Below are positions 12,129 through 24,441 of a stretch of 64,000 bases of DNA, one piece after another. The stretch covers positions 7,936,001 to 8,000,000 of the forward strand of contig OZ038378.1 in assembly GCA_964036045.1 (NCBI GenBank). The letters are read 5' to 3'. Position 1 is the stretch's first letter, and each line of letters begins with the position of its first letter. Below the pieces are notes generated by a model, which was given only the letters and a program-made list of their open reading frames with translations, did no database searches and was not told the origin of the DNA. A program made the translations under genes and the position numbers. Source of the DNA: Eutreptiella sp. 'Long Island Sound 2002'. Taxonomy: Eukaryota > Protista > Euglenida.

Positions 12129-13887
12129 TGTGTGTGTGTGTGTGTGTGTGCATATTTAGGGAGAGAGAGTGCTTCAAGAGCATAGCCCTTGGGCTTGAAG
12201 GGAACTTATACCCACCGCAGCTTTTAAATTCATTTCACCCAAGGCAACAAATGCACAACACAAACTCCAAACATGGTCGGCGACAAACCAGTACAAGTCA
12301 CTGCCACTCAGGCATACTCATTCATTTTATGCAAAGTGCAGAGTCCTGAAATCCTTGGGTAAACCAAGGTCAGATACCACCAAAACAGTTAGTCAACCCA
12401 GGCAGTACAAACTTTGTGCTCCATTCAAGTTAAAAACCTCTATTCCCATGCAGAATATCAATTCCCCTGATTCAGGCAAATAATGGCCAAAGGAGGGAAC
12501 ATAAACAGCCCACAATGGGGTCACTAACCCCGCATCAATGAGGCCGCGCACAGAAAATACCCACCAAACAGGGATGTAGTGCCGGGCAAACAACAAAGCA
12601 TCACCACATCAAAACAAAAGCTCAATCTTCCAATCCCCATGGAAAGGGCGGCACATTCGCAGAAAAAGGGAACAGTAACTCCAATTCCCTCCACTCACAG
12701 TATCTATCGACAGCCGCCGACCTACACGCAGCAGTGGAACAAAAAACAGATTGGCTGCTGTGGGGGATCTGCTGGGTTCAATCTAGTGGAGACATAAAAA
12801 CAAGCTACAGCCATAGACGTCCACCGACGCCACCAAAATAAGCGTCACATCAACCTGTTTTGGACAAGCAGACCTGCAACACATCTCTGGTTAATCCTCC
12901 CCACGGCAACCCTTCTCCAGCCCCTTTAATGAGCAATCTTACATCCCTTCAATATGACAAAAAGTTCAGCCTGTTGTAGAGACTCAACCCATCATGGGCA
13001 TTTATAAAAACGGACATCCGAAGGGGGGAGAAACAACCCAATTCTGAACCTCAACCCCCTCATTGGCGCAACATTAGCAAAAATGACCCACCGGTGCCGA
13101 CTGTTCACCGGTATTTGGGGGGTTAATCCATAAAATACCACAGCCAGTGAACTTCTGAGGGAAAATTGTAAACACAACCGCTCTCAACAATGGTTTGATC
13201 ATGATTTAAGGAACCCGATCTCCCTCACTCACCTTCCACCAAGAAAGCTGCCGTCCCGTTTGTAGCCGTAATGCCCACTTCAGACGTCCCAGGAGCCGTT
13301 TCATTCCCTTTCTTTGCAACCTTCCGAAACCTAAACCAAACTTGAACCATGCGCGGATTAGGCCTGAGACCATTCCTTTACGGTTCTGCATCACTCTCGT
13401 CTCCGTGTTAAATATTTTCCCAACGAAATTGAGCTCTACGACCGGAGTGACGTCTAACTTTGGGCTCAGGACAAATTTTTGCCTTATTTAGCTTTGCCTT
13501 CAGTCTGCGCACTGCTCGCTTTAATTCCCATCTGCTGCCTACCACCAAAACTCTTCCAGGTATACAAACGGCAACATTGGCTAATTTGCCACCGCATTAT
13601 TCACTAGCGCAAACATCAAATGTTGGCATACCACCGGAGAGTACTTCCACCCAAATAGTAACGACCTCCAAGTAAGAGACCGGCCTTGCATTGAAACATA
13701 GAACACGTCTCTCCATTCTCTAGGCATGTGGATGCTCAAGGCCAAACTTTGCACTGCAGGCGCACTGCGGGCACATGTATCAAAGACCACCCAAAGGAGA
13801 AGGAGGGAGGAAACATGAAGCATGCGGATGCAGCAACACAACATAACAATCTGATTCTGAGATGTCTGACATCCCTTGTTCTTGAAA

Positions 13888-14300
13888 TTACAAACCCAAA
13901 CTGCAACTATGCAAAGGCATATAAGAGGGGCACATGTTCAAATGACATATGCCACACTCCAATATATCTTCATGATGGTGAGCACATACTTGACAACAAA
14001 CACCGTCATCATTTTCCTCATCATCTTTTGGAGCATCCCGTTGTGCCCACACAGACCAAGGCACATGAGGCCAAGGTCCATAGGGCTGATACCTAGTTTG
14101 TCTCCTGATACAAAACTGCGTCAAGTGCAGCAAAACACGGACATACCGGTGCAAATCTGTGGCAGAACCCATCCACACATTGCAGATGATCTTCTAAGGT
14201 CGTGCTGAGAGGGAGGAAAGGCCACGCCGGGCAGACATATCAAACATTGCTGCAGTGCGGACACAGCTATAGACAGGTGATGTATCATAGTGAACGTTGT
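13888..14300 (-). mobile_element. Decayed PIF/Harbinger-type (DDE_Tnp_4) transposase C-terminus
   Basis: *KIICNVWMGSATDLHRYVRVLLHLTQFCIRRQTRYQPYGPW...CQVC...CGICHLNMCPSYMPLHSC. The acidic stretch and Cys cluster match those of the transposase remnant at 55859-56306. Confidence 0.55.
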
Positions 14301-14823
14301 TGCTTTGGTTTGAATGATTGCGGGTGGAAGCGGGTCGGAACGACAAGCGACGGGATAGAGGAGAGGACGAAGAGGAGCTGGCCAAACGGGCTGCACCGCA
14401 GGGGAGAGGTATGCAGCTCGATCAGCCGCCAAAAGGAAGTCTGGTTGGAGATGGTGGTGTGTAGTCTGGTGCTGTGGACACGGACATGGGGGAGAAGCCA
14501 AATGACACACAGGCCACACACAGGCCCTCTTTTTGCATTGATGGTGCATGCGAGAGGGGGCGCTAAAGAGACTCCGAATAATAGCATGCCAGTTGCAGCA
14601 GGTACCAGGACTAGGGAAAAAGCCCGCGCCCGCGTGATCACGTACAGTTGGAGTCGGATGATCCAACGGATGCAGTGCACCTAACCCCGGACGACTTGGC
14701 AGATCTTGTTGTGTGCCCTAACGCTGCAAAGAGGTGTTCCACCCTGCCTTCTCGGGGCCCCAAAAGAGGGCGGAAGTGCTACGTAACCCGTGCATTCTCG
14801 GGGGTCCCCAACAAAGGGGACAA

Positions 14824-15026
14824 GAACGTCGCGTAGTTCAGCGGTCATGCACGTGACGCCTGAACTAGAGGTGCTTGGTTCGAATCCCGGTGGGGTTGGA
14901 ACGCAGTGTCCTAGGCGCTAGGGTGTCTGTGACCCCACGAGCCGGAAGGGATGCTGCGAGGGACAGGTAGGGATCACGGATACGCTGGAGTTTGGAGTAC
15001 GCCCGAGCACTTTACCTTTACCTTTA
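14824..15026 (+). mobile_element. tRNA-derived SINE with 17-bp target-site duplication
   Basis: A-box-like TAGTTCAGCGG and B-box GGTTCGAATCCC, with a (CTTTAC)3 tail. CCCAACAAAGGGGACAA is duplicated at 14807-14823 and 15027-15043. Confidence 0.8.
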
Positions 15027-18000
15027 CCCAACAAAGGGGACAAAATCAGAAATGGCCGCCTCACCCCTGCCTTCTTGGGGGTGACAAGTAAAATATGGCA
15101 CATTGCAAATGCAACAGAAGCGTTGAAAACCCAGAGATGGAACAACAAACTTGTGGAAAAGGGCCAAAACTAGGATTTGACCCCCCCCCCCCCCATGTCG
15201 TTCCCCACCACCCCCTAGCGGACGGTTGCCAAGTGACGCCCCCCCCCCCCCCCTTGGGGGACCACACCACCACTGTACACGCATACTTGCAGGCACAGAA
15301 ATTGCAGCATCAAACGAAAGAATTTAGCATAAAATGCGTTCAAAGGGCTGCCAATGTACGGAGACCTACTCCTTGACTGGCTCGGTGTGAAATTTCTTGG
15401 TCCTGCTCCACTTGACCTTGAAATCTTGCACATGCTCACCGCTTTCAACTGGAATGAAAATTGTTCTGTGCCGCCCTTGCTGTATGAACTGATGCGGCGT
15501 GCCCGGCGACGAAAATCTTTCCACCACCGCTCCAGTTGGTCCTCCGTCAAAGCAGCAAAGCATCACCGTGCTCCTAATGTCCAACGACCTGCGCCAAACA
15601 AGTTCCCCCGTGGAGCAGATGAACATTACATTTGTCCCGGGGGGAAACATGGTTGTGCTGTCAAGTTCCATTCCAGCGAAAGTGAGCAAAATGTCCTACC
15701 ATGAGTACAAGAGATACAAGTGGCAGTGCCCCACAACACAGTCACCCACACAACAACACAGTGAGCCGCAACGAAAAACTTTGGGTTGACCAAGTGACCC
15801 CCCCCCCCCCGCGGGGAACGACAAGGGGGGCCGAAGGTATTTGCCGACATACACAACTTTGCACTGCGGGCGCACTGCAGGCAAGGAATTCCCTCAAGTA
15901 GCAATTACTAACATCCAGCTTAATCAAAAACGGCCCCTTTCTTCATCTCATGAGTCGACAGTTTCACAGTTCTTCAATTTGCAGCAAGACGAACTTCATC
16001 GGTGATCTCGGGTCTGACTCATTGAGTTTCATGCGATTCACAATGAAACTGCACTTTTCATGGTTCTTTGGAATCACCCTCGCTTTTCTTGATGCATGCC
16101 CGCTCCCAGCTGCGATGCACCTCGATGTTTCAAAGAACCACTCTCCACCAAGCTGTCAATCATTTCCGGTTGACCTCATCCTTTACTTTCCCGACCCCGA
16201 GCCCCCCCCCCCCCCCCCACCACCCGATGTTGGCTAGCCACTGCCGGTACTTGTGCGGCAGATTATCCGGGACTCAACTCTCTTGCATAGCATTTCTGAT
16301 TTGCATAGACCCACACTCACACAGACCTATGGATGCCACGGTCACATCCACTTCATCCTCGCATTCTTCATCGGAGTAATATGAGACGTCCTCCTGATCT
16401 TGCCACTTCCTGTCCGTGACGCCTAACAAACTTTGCAAGACACTTGACACCTGGGCCACCGCATCGTTCCCCACCAAATCTGCTACTACCGACAACAGCA
16501 CCCATGTTGCATCCTGCAATCTCTGTGGATCCTCTTTTGTCTGCTAAGTGAACTTACGCACCACTGCATCCACATCCACATGGTCCCTTCTTATTCACAA
16601 CAGCTCTCAGCAATACCAGACCAGGTGCACACTTGGGTCCAGACAAATGGTGTCAAATGCAGGATAATTGATCACAATGTTAGGACAACATCATCCTATG
16701 GGATCCATGGGATAGCCTCAGAAATTCCATTCATCCGGTCAAAGCTGGCGGAATATTCAGAAATGCTTAAGAGAATCAAAAAAAAAACACATCACGGGCC
16801 TCAAATACCCAAAGGGTGCCTCATCATGGTCAGAACTCCCACCCCACCATCACTCACAGTTCTCAGCAACAGCAGATGCAATAAAGGGGCCACAAACATA
16901 AAAAAAAACCTGACTGAATTTTTAGTCAGCTTTTGCTCGCGGATGGTGATTTTAGGGTGCTATTTTAGCAATTTGTCAAAGTCTAACGGAATTTTCGTTT
17001 AGCTTCCAAAACACAGCACAATAGACATACCATTTGAGACATCTTCATCTGCACTATCATCGAATGTCAAATTCATTGATTCACACAACATGGTATTCAA
17101 CTGCACGAGAAAGGAAGAGAAAAGGCGCAAATGTCATACATGTAACATGTCTACAGAGAAATGCACAAAAATGTCTACATTGGGTGCCTAAAGGGGGGGG
17201 GGCAACTTTGGAGGCCTAAGTAGAATGGTGTGCCTCTAGTTTATTTTGTTGAGAGCTGGAACTTGGAACAATCACATCATGTCTAGTGGCCGTTCCCAAT
17301 CGTCACAAAGCAATGACTCACATGGACTCAACATGCTACAATTGGGCTGGGATGGCCATTAGCGAGTGCATGGCACAGGGCGTAGTTGTGATGGTGAGCC
17401 CCTTGCCCTGGTGCTGCCTAGGAAGCGGGAATCAGACGGTTGGAGCCAGAATGGGCATTCACTGCACCTATGTCGCCCCCCCCTTTCACTTGTGGCCAAT
17501 GCCTGCATGCAACTTTCTTATGTGTGTCTATTGCGAGGGGTACATTCATTGTTTGGAAGGTGAGGAGTGCCCTAATCGCAATTTTAAAGGAGATGAGCCA
17601 CGAGGCCCTTTGCACAAGTTGGAGGAGGAGGTCCAGGTTGCCAAGATGTTGAGGAGTGCCCTGCTCACAGTTTTAAAGAGAGAGATGAGGTGCAATGTGT
17701 TTTGGTGCAGTGAGAGGAGGAGGTCTAAGTTGACAAGATCTTGCATCCTACTCCTTCGGTAATTGACGATGAGCCCCACAACAATGTAGCCTCCGGTGCC
17801 AATGCTACCAACTCTTCCCCATGTGCTTTCTCCCCTACCTTGCCACCCGCGGATGGCGATATTAACCTCCCTACGATTACCTCCCCAAACCCTTCCCCCA
17901 CTAGCCCACCCACAGCCTTGGATTTATTGGCTGGCCACCCGAGTGCTCCAACAGCGATTGTCCTCGCACCCCCATGCTCTAATATCGCCCGGCCATCCTG

Positions 18001-18401
18001 TGGTGGAATGGTTGTTATGGAGCACCTTTGTGGAGAAGACGTATTGGCCCATCTGATCACGAATCGGAAATCAGAATCTGATTGTGACACCTCTTGGTTC
18101 CGTTTGTGTGCTTTCTTTTTTGAGGGGCCTCCTTTTAACTTTAGAGCACGCACATGAGGCGCTTCCACCCGGGTGACAACACTGTGTCTCATGGGACCTT
18201 ACTCACGGGGCCGGGAACAAAAAAATTCCACGAGGACCGCAAAGGCACTTTGAAGGCAGGTTCCTTCACAAGAAGCAAGAACAAAATGCGGTCACAAAGT
18301 CCTGATGTGCAATAGGTGCCCCATGTACAAGCCGCCGCTGTAACACGGTGAACCCTAAAGAGGTCCGCATTGGGCGTGTGAAACCATTGATATGTAACCT
18401 T

Positions 18402-18570
18402 TGATGGGGTCGTGGATTTGGATGTACCCAACCATTGATGGGGTCCTAGATTCGGATGTGGCCAACCATTGATGGGGTCCTAGATTAGGATGTGGCCAGC
18501 CATTGATGGGGCTCATGGATTCGGATGTGGCCAACCATTGATGGGGGCCTGAATTCGGATGTGGCGAACG
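18402..18570. repeat. Minisatellite, about 5 x 34 bp (TGATGGGGTCCTAGATTCGGATGTGGCCAACCAT)
   Basis: Degenerate tandem copies seen directly. Confidence 0.85.
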
Positions 18571-18985
18571 GGAGTCCATCACCCCAACTGGAGGGGCCAC
18601 GCCGAAGCATGGGAGTCCATCACCCCAATTCAAGGGGCCACACCGAAGTGTGAGAGTCCATCACCCCAACTCAAAGGGCTACACCAAACCGTGGGAGTCC
18701 ATTCCCCCAACTCAAGAGGCTAGGCCGAAGCCAGGAAATCCATCACCCAAAAATCGATGGGCCAGGCCGAAGCGTCGTAGTCCATCACCCCAACACAAGG
18801 GGCCACACCAAAGCGTGGTAGTGCATCACCCCAACTCGAGGGGCCACACCAAAGCATGGGAGTGCATCACCCCAACCCTAGGGGCTACACCGAACCGTGG
18901 GAGTCCATCACTTGAACTCGAGGGGCCACGCCAAAGCGTGGGAGTCCATCACCCCAGCTCAAGGGGCCACGCCGAAGCGTGGGAA
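18570..18985. repeat. Minisatellite, about 10 x 41 bp (GGGAGTCCATCACCCCAACTCGAGGGGCCACGCCGAAGCGT)
   Basis: Degenerate tandem copies with no unique spacers. Confidence 0.85.
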
Positions 18986-21966
18986 TATATCAGAAATGGC
19001 ACAGATTTGGGCAAAGGGGCTACATAATCCCTACCTTCTTGCGGCTCCCCAACAAGGGGACAAAACTTTACTAAGTTCGCAAACCTAACAAAAACAAACA
19101 ACTTCTACTAGGTGCTGGTTACACAGTAAAAACTAAAACTTCGTTTCATCAGTTCGGGTTACATCCCAAAACATAGTAAAACCAAGTAAGGCTAGTTCAA
19201 ATGAAACCTTGCAAGAAAACTTTTTTAAAACAAAAACTTTTAGTATGCTTTACTAGAGACCCGGCTTCTAGATGTTGGACTAGTTATGTGTGCCATGGAG
19301 GTGGAATTGGGCAGTTTCAACTGGGATTGTATGTTGCATTCTCTCCCTTTACTTTATAATGGGGTAAAAAGCAGCACCCATGCTGGCCGATGTGGAAAAC
19401 ACTGTGCATGGTGCGCGCACAGTGTGTGCAATACCCCGTTAGAACATAAGCGCCCATCAGATCGTACTTAATCCCACACCTACCATAGCTTTCAACCTTG
19501 AATCATTCACATGTCTACTACTATGGCACCTGCCACCTCTTCATATATTGTTGATGAAACCTTCGTTGCTTGGCCAAGTTTGCCCAAGATCCTTAACATT
19601 ACTCCAAAATGCCGATCCCAGTGGAAAAGGTGGCTAGATAGCAATGATGGCGATTTTGCAGGAGCGTACAGCAAAAACAGAAATTCCGACAAATGTAACT
19701 CACTTTACCATGCTGACAAAACAAGAATTCAACAGAAAGCTGACACTCCATGGGCAGGTGAGCTACATCATACCCACGAAATAGAGAACCAGCAGACTGC
19801 AAAACAATTGTGCAATTGCTGGCTGAAATACCACCAAAGATGGCATGGGTATCAACGAGATTGCAACAACCTGAGGGGCTAAGATAAATCAAATCAATGA
19901 CGTGCTGCTGGGCAGTATGCAAAGCCTTGAAATCTGCATGACCCAGTCATCCAGTCATCCAGCACTGCCATCGAGCAATGGAGCAGACAAAGAAAAGGGA
20001 TAGGACTGATCTGAAAAAAAAATTGGACAGACGACACTCCGTTGACAACAGTTCACGTGCTAATGTCTGAATAGTCGGGATGATGCAACAACATGACCCA
20101 AAAATTGCCCCACCAGCAGGGGCAATCTGACCCTTCTGAAACTTGTGAGCCTTGACCTCGTGGAGCCAACCATGGACTGCAGAGCCTTGTGTCATTGGTG
20201 ATGAACCACCAGAGGGCTTAAAGACATGATATGCAAACACTGATTGGCTGAGGTAGCAACCCTTCTGGGCGCCAACAAACGTGGCAGTGCGGAGCATGCA
20301 TTGAGCACTGTACCCCAGGTGAGCACGGGTGCTGGGTCCCTTGGAACCGGGGGGCACAGCTGGACCGCTCCACCCCATTAGGCTGATGCTGCACGACGGC
20401 ATTCATGCACAAGGCGGAAGAAAGTGGGACAGTAGCAACGGCATCGCATCCCAACCAACATGAAGGGGCCAAAATGATCGGAAAAATGCACAAAAGGGCA
20501 GTGGGCGCGACGAACTGTGGCACCCTTCCTGATTCCAAAAACCGTGGAAAGCAAAGGCCATTCAAGGCCAAGACCTCCAGCAAAAGGGAAAAGAGAAAGA
20601 GAGAATGTGAATCAGGTGCCCAAGTGCACAGAAACACCCAGCACACAGAAGCACAAACAGCCATGTCTGGAGTGTTTGGCAACACAATGTTGCTGCAGGT
20701 GTTTGACTGGGCAGTGCACGTAACTAACAGTGCGGATGCTGCCCTGCGATATAAGTAAGGCAAATACACATGTCATGGGGATAATACAGATAGTGCCATG
20801 CAATGGATGCGGTGCCTGTTGAGTTTGAAGGGCATGGGGCGGTCTTTGGACTTCTGGCAGAGCTGCGCATAGGGGGCAGTGAATCAGGCAGTGGTGGCCA
20901 GCGAAAGGCGCCAAAAGAGGCGGTCGAAACGCATTCCTCAGGCATGCCCATCCTGATGACCCCGCCGCGCGTGATGGGGCAAGGGTGCCATCAGGTTTGG
21001 TCCTGTGGCAGCTTTCATAAAAGACCCCTGTGCAAGGGACGGTGCACCAGGAACACATTTCGTGTGTGGCCCACACTCGCCTGAGACATCTGGTGTTGTC
21101 TGCCAGGCCACCAGGGGCGTCTGAAGATGCCAAACACGCAGTGGTCCTACAAAGCATGCACGGCCTTGCTCAGCAACACTTGGATTCAACTGATGAGTCC
21201 GGCAGTCAACCAACTCCGGTTGGTTCGCCTATAAATTCGATTTCGTTCTGTCTGGCAAACGAAGCACCAACGGCGCGTCTTTGGGGCGATGTATGCGATA
21301 CCCGTCCGCGCTGGGGTGCGGGTGGCAGGGGAAGGCAGCATGGTTTGGCGCTTCTGAGGTGCATGAACCCCTTTGAAGAACCTGCGGCCCCAGAAAGTGC
21401 CGATTTCTCCAGGAACATCCTGTACCACGTTGGTGACACGAGGGCGAGTGAAGGCCTGTCTGGCTGCACACCGGCCGTCTAGGTCCAGAGGGCAGGTGCG
21501 CCTCCCTTGCCCCCACCCACAGCATTTGCAGGATCGGGGACAACGGATGAAGCGCAAAATACACTTGCATACGGGGCTGGATCAGGGGCAGGGACGATTA
21601 GTCATGAAAGGATTGGGGAGGATGGACCTGGACCTAGCGCCACCTGTAGGGATGCCACTGGCATCAGGCAATGTGCACCATCTGGGGCGCATACATCTTT
21701 TGCTCTTCAGTCCAGCACTTGTTAAGACGTGTTCGCATCAATTTCCTCCGGCGTGAAACGTGGGGTTGGGGAACCGGGGTGCGGGGGGTGCAAGCTAAAC
21801 CACAAAGGCGAAAGAATGCTCCATCCAGTGTACAGTACCTATCCCCGTCACCACGCATAGCGCGTCATAGCGCGTCATAGTGCAGTCACCTTGACAGACA
21901 CGCACACAGCGTGGTTACTGATGCATGTAGTGCACATGTTTTGTGCCTTGATCCGAAGACACACAC

Positions 21967-22113
21967 TTTATGGGCCACAATGCAGTGATGAGTGTGAGCT
22001 GTCTTTGAAGGATGCAGGGCGTCAGAATCGAGGAAGTCGCGAATCCAGCAGGCCAGCAGTGGGAAGAGGGTAACGGGGTGACTGAGGCCCCCACAACGAA
22101 GAAGCAACTGCAA
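21967..22113 (-). CDS. Putative next exon of the same unidentified gene
   Basis: Acceptor cacgtgcag and donor AAA|GTGTGT; 147 nt (phase 0 to 0), in frame with the previous exon over an 88-nt intron. Peptide LQLLLRCGGLSHPVTLFPLLACWIRDFLDSDAL. Confidence 0.35.
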
Positions 22114-22201
22114 CTGCACGTGCAATCATTAGCGAGTGAAGCAGCCGGATGGACAAGGGGAAGGTGAATGGCGCCCAAGCCAATTAAGACATGCACCGCA
22201 C

Positions 22202-22566
22202 CAGAGGCAGCAAGTTGGGTTCCGTGGCAGTCATGGCCATGGTTGCCGATCGCGTTCTGCTGAGGGGCTGGCTGAGAGTCACCACCATCTCCGTCGTCTG
22301 CAGCTGTGAGGGCTGGACATTGACCCCATTCGCAAACATCACCAATTGGATGCCGGGGGCTCGTTGCACCAGCTGAAGGATCTTTTCGGCGGCTGTGAGA
22401 TCCCAGACCTCCTGGCTCAGATCGAGCGCTATCACACTGGGGTGCTTGCTCAGGAGGGCCAATACCAAGCCCAGGTCAACAGCGAGGTCCTGATGCCGTA
22501 TCACAAGCTTCCGATCACGCGCCTTCGGGCTGAGGGCCTGGATTTGCACCAGCTTGTCAGCAGCGA
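22202..22566 (-). CDS. Putative internal exon of an unidentified gene (LRR/RNI-like leucine pattern)
   Basis: Acceptor cttctacag and donor CTG|GTGCGG; 365 nt (phase 1 to 0). Peptide LALLSKHPSVIALDLSQEVWDLTAAEKILQLVQRAPGIQLVMF. No start codon or upstream exon found. Confidence 0.45.
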
Positions 22567-23159
22567 CTGTAGAAGTGTTGTGTTCCCAGGACCTGCCGAG
22601 CAATCAGGCCAAGAGAGGGGGAGTGGGGTTTCTACCACCCCGCCCCCACAACCACACCGCTGCAAATTTGGAGGGTTGGGCGGGCACATCATTCATCATT
22701 TCACCACATTCTTGCATACAGGTGGTGCTGTGCTGTGCTGCGCTTCAAGAGTAGGGCCATGGCTTCCCCTTTCTGGGAGGTTCCCACGCTGAGGCCACCC
22801 AAACGTTGCACTAGCTTGGTGCGTGCTGCAGTCCGCACCCACTTATGGGAGCATTTTGGACCAAATGCAACAATGGCCCCCTACCAGCGGCTCAAGGCTG
22901 CCCCGGTCCCTGCAAGCTTGCACGGAGCTATTGTAGCCAACCACAATATAGGGGATCATCGTGGCGATGATGCGGGCATCATCTTTGTGGGTATGGCCAT
23001 GGCCCAGGTCTAGCTCCCAGGGTAGGGCCACCGGAAGGGCCGTAGAGGGGCCCTTTGTTGGGGTGTCCCTAGCACTCGTGTCTTAGGCACTTCGCAGGGT
23101 CGTGGAACTGGCCATACACGAGGTTTTAGCAGCTCCCCACAGCCCCTCAAGCTAGTCCC

Positions 23160-23273
23160 CAGACCACAGTCCACATACCACAGACCACAGAACTCACACC
23201 ATAGACCACAGACCACAGTCCAGAGGCCACAATCCACAGACTACGGGCCACTGACCACCGACCACAGACCACA
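23160..23273. repeat. Degenerate (ACCACAG)n short tandem repeat adjoining a telomere-like tract
   Basis: cacagaccacag repeats seen directly. Confidence 0.75.
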
Positions 23274-23296
23274 GGGCTAAGGTTAGGGCTGGGGTC

Positions 23297-24409
23297 ACCG
23301 AGCTGGTGGAACCAGTCTTGGTTTTATAACCCTTTTTAGTGTCTAGGGTGGACCTACCAGGTTTAGCAGCAGCAGCAGCAGCAAGCAGCAAGCAAGCAGC
23401 ACGCGCGAAATGGGTAAAAATCAGAACTCCGTCGTGGTGCTTTGGATTTGGTTGAAATTTTGGTGGATCATACCTATGGGTGTGAAGTACAATCACACAA
23501 AGTTTGAGCAAGAAACTCAACGGTGGCGGCTGGGAACGGGATTCGCAAGTGGCGGACCTCAGTTTCAAAAACTGCAGTTTAGGGGCAAAAACAGCCATTT
23601 TTGGGCCAAAAAAGCCCTAGAACACATTCAAAACAGCCAAACGAAGGGAAGCGGTGGGTACACTCCACGTGCGGCTTGACTTCCCCGTGTCAACGAGCTC
23701 TTAGCGGCCCTCTAACTCCGTGATATGTCCGGGAAACGGCCCAAAAAGGCCCCCAGAAACTCCAAATGCCGACAGCCACAAACCAAGAATAGGCCATATC
23801 TTTGGCTACATGGCTCAAAATGTGATTCCGAGGGCACCTACTCCACCCGCAACCCCCCACTTTTTGTGGTTTCCACCCCTCAGAATTGCCCAAACGGACG
23901 CCTAGACCCCAATACCTAGGCCCACTAGGCTACAGCAAGCTGCAAGCTCAAGCCCAAACAGGTGGGTGCCCAAATGGGTCAACAGGGTCCAGTAGGGGCA
24001 AAAAATGACTTTTTTCAAAAACGATCCTACACCATGTGTGATGCTAAAACAAGTGTTTTTGGACTGTTTTGAGCTTGTGGTGGCCCATTTTGGTCCTCCG
24101 AAAATCCCAAAATGCCTTGAAAATGGGTTGTTTTGGGACCAAAAATGGGTCAAAAATGGGTCAAAACCACATTTTTCCAAACTTCATCCTAGACCATTTG
24201 GGGTGCACAACCGGGTGAAATGAGCCCATTTTGAGCCCATTTTGGGGCATTTTGGCCCCTCAAAAGTCCAAAAAGCCTTGGGAGTGGGCCTCGTGGTGAT
24301 GGGGTTCACTTGCAAGCTGATTTCACTTTGTCAAGAGCCATCAATGTGTGAATCATTCTTGATGTCCCTCACCAGTCATAGCTAATGTTCCCTCCCCCAC
24401 CAGCTCGGT
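23297..24409. mobile_element. Non-autonomous element, copy 1, with 13-bp inverted repeats ACCGAGCTGGTGG / CCACCAGCTCGGT
   Basis: Inverted repeats at 23297-23309 and 24397-24409. Preceded by GGTTAGGGCTGGGGTC and nearly collinear with copy 2. Confidence 0.75.
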
Positions 24410-24441
24410 CCCAATATTCAGTTCTGATTAGGGTTAGGGTC

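Noticed and set aside
14824-14900. Functional tRNA gene
   Set aside because: No acceptor stem or clean anticodon arm; embedded in a TSD-flanked element.
18402-18985. CRISPR array
   Set aside because: Degenerate tandem units without unique spacers, no cas genes, eukaryotic context.
15300-21600. Scattered transposase-like or gene-like fragments
   Set aside because: Short frames with stops and no diagnostic motif I can name with confidence.
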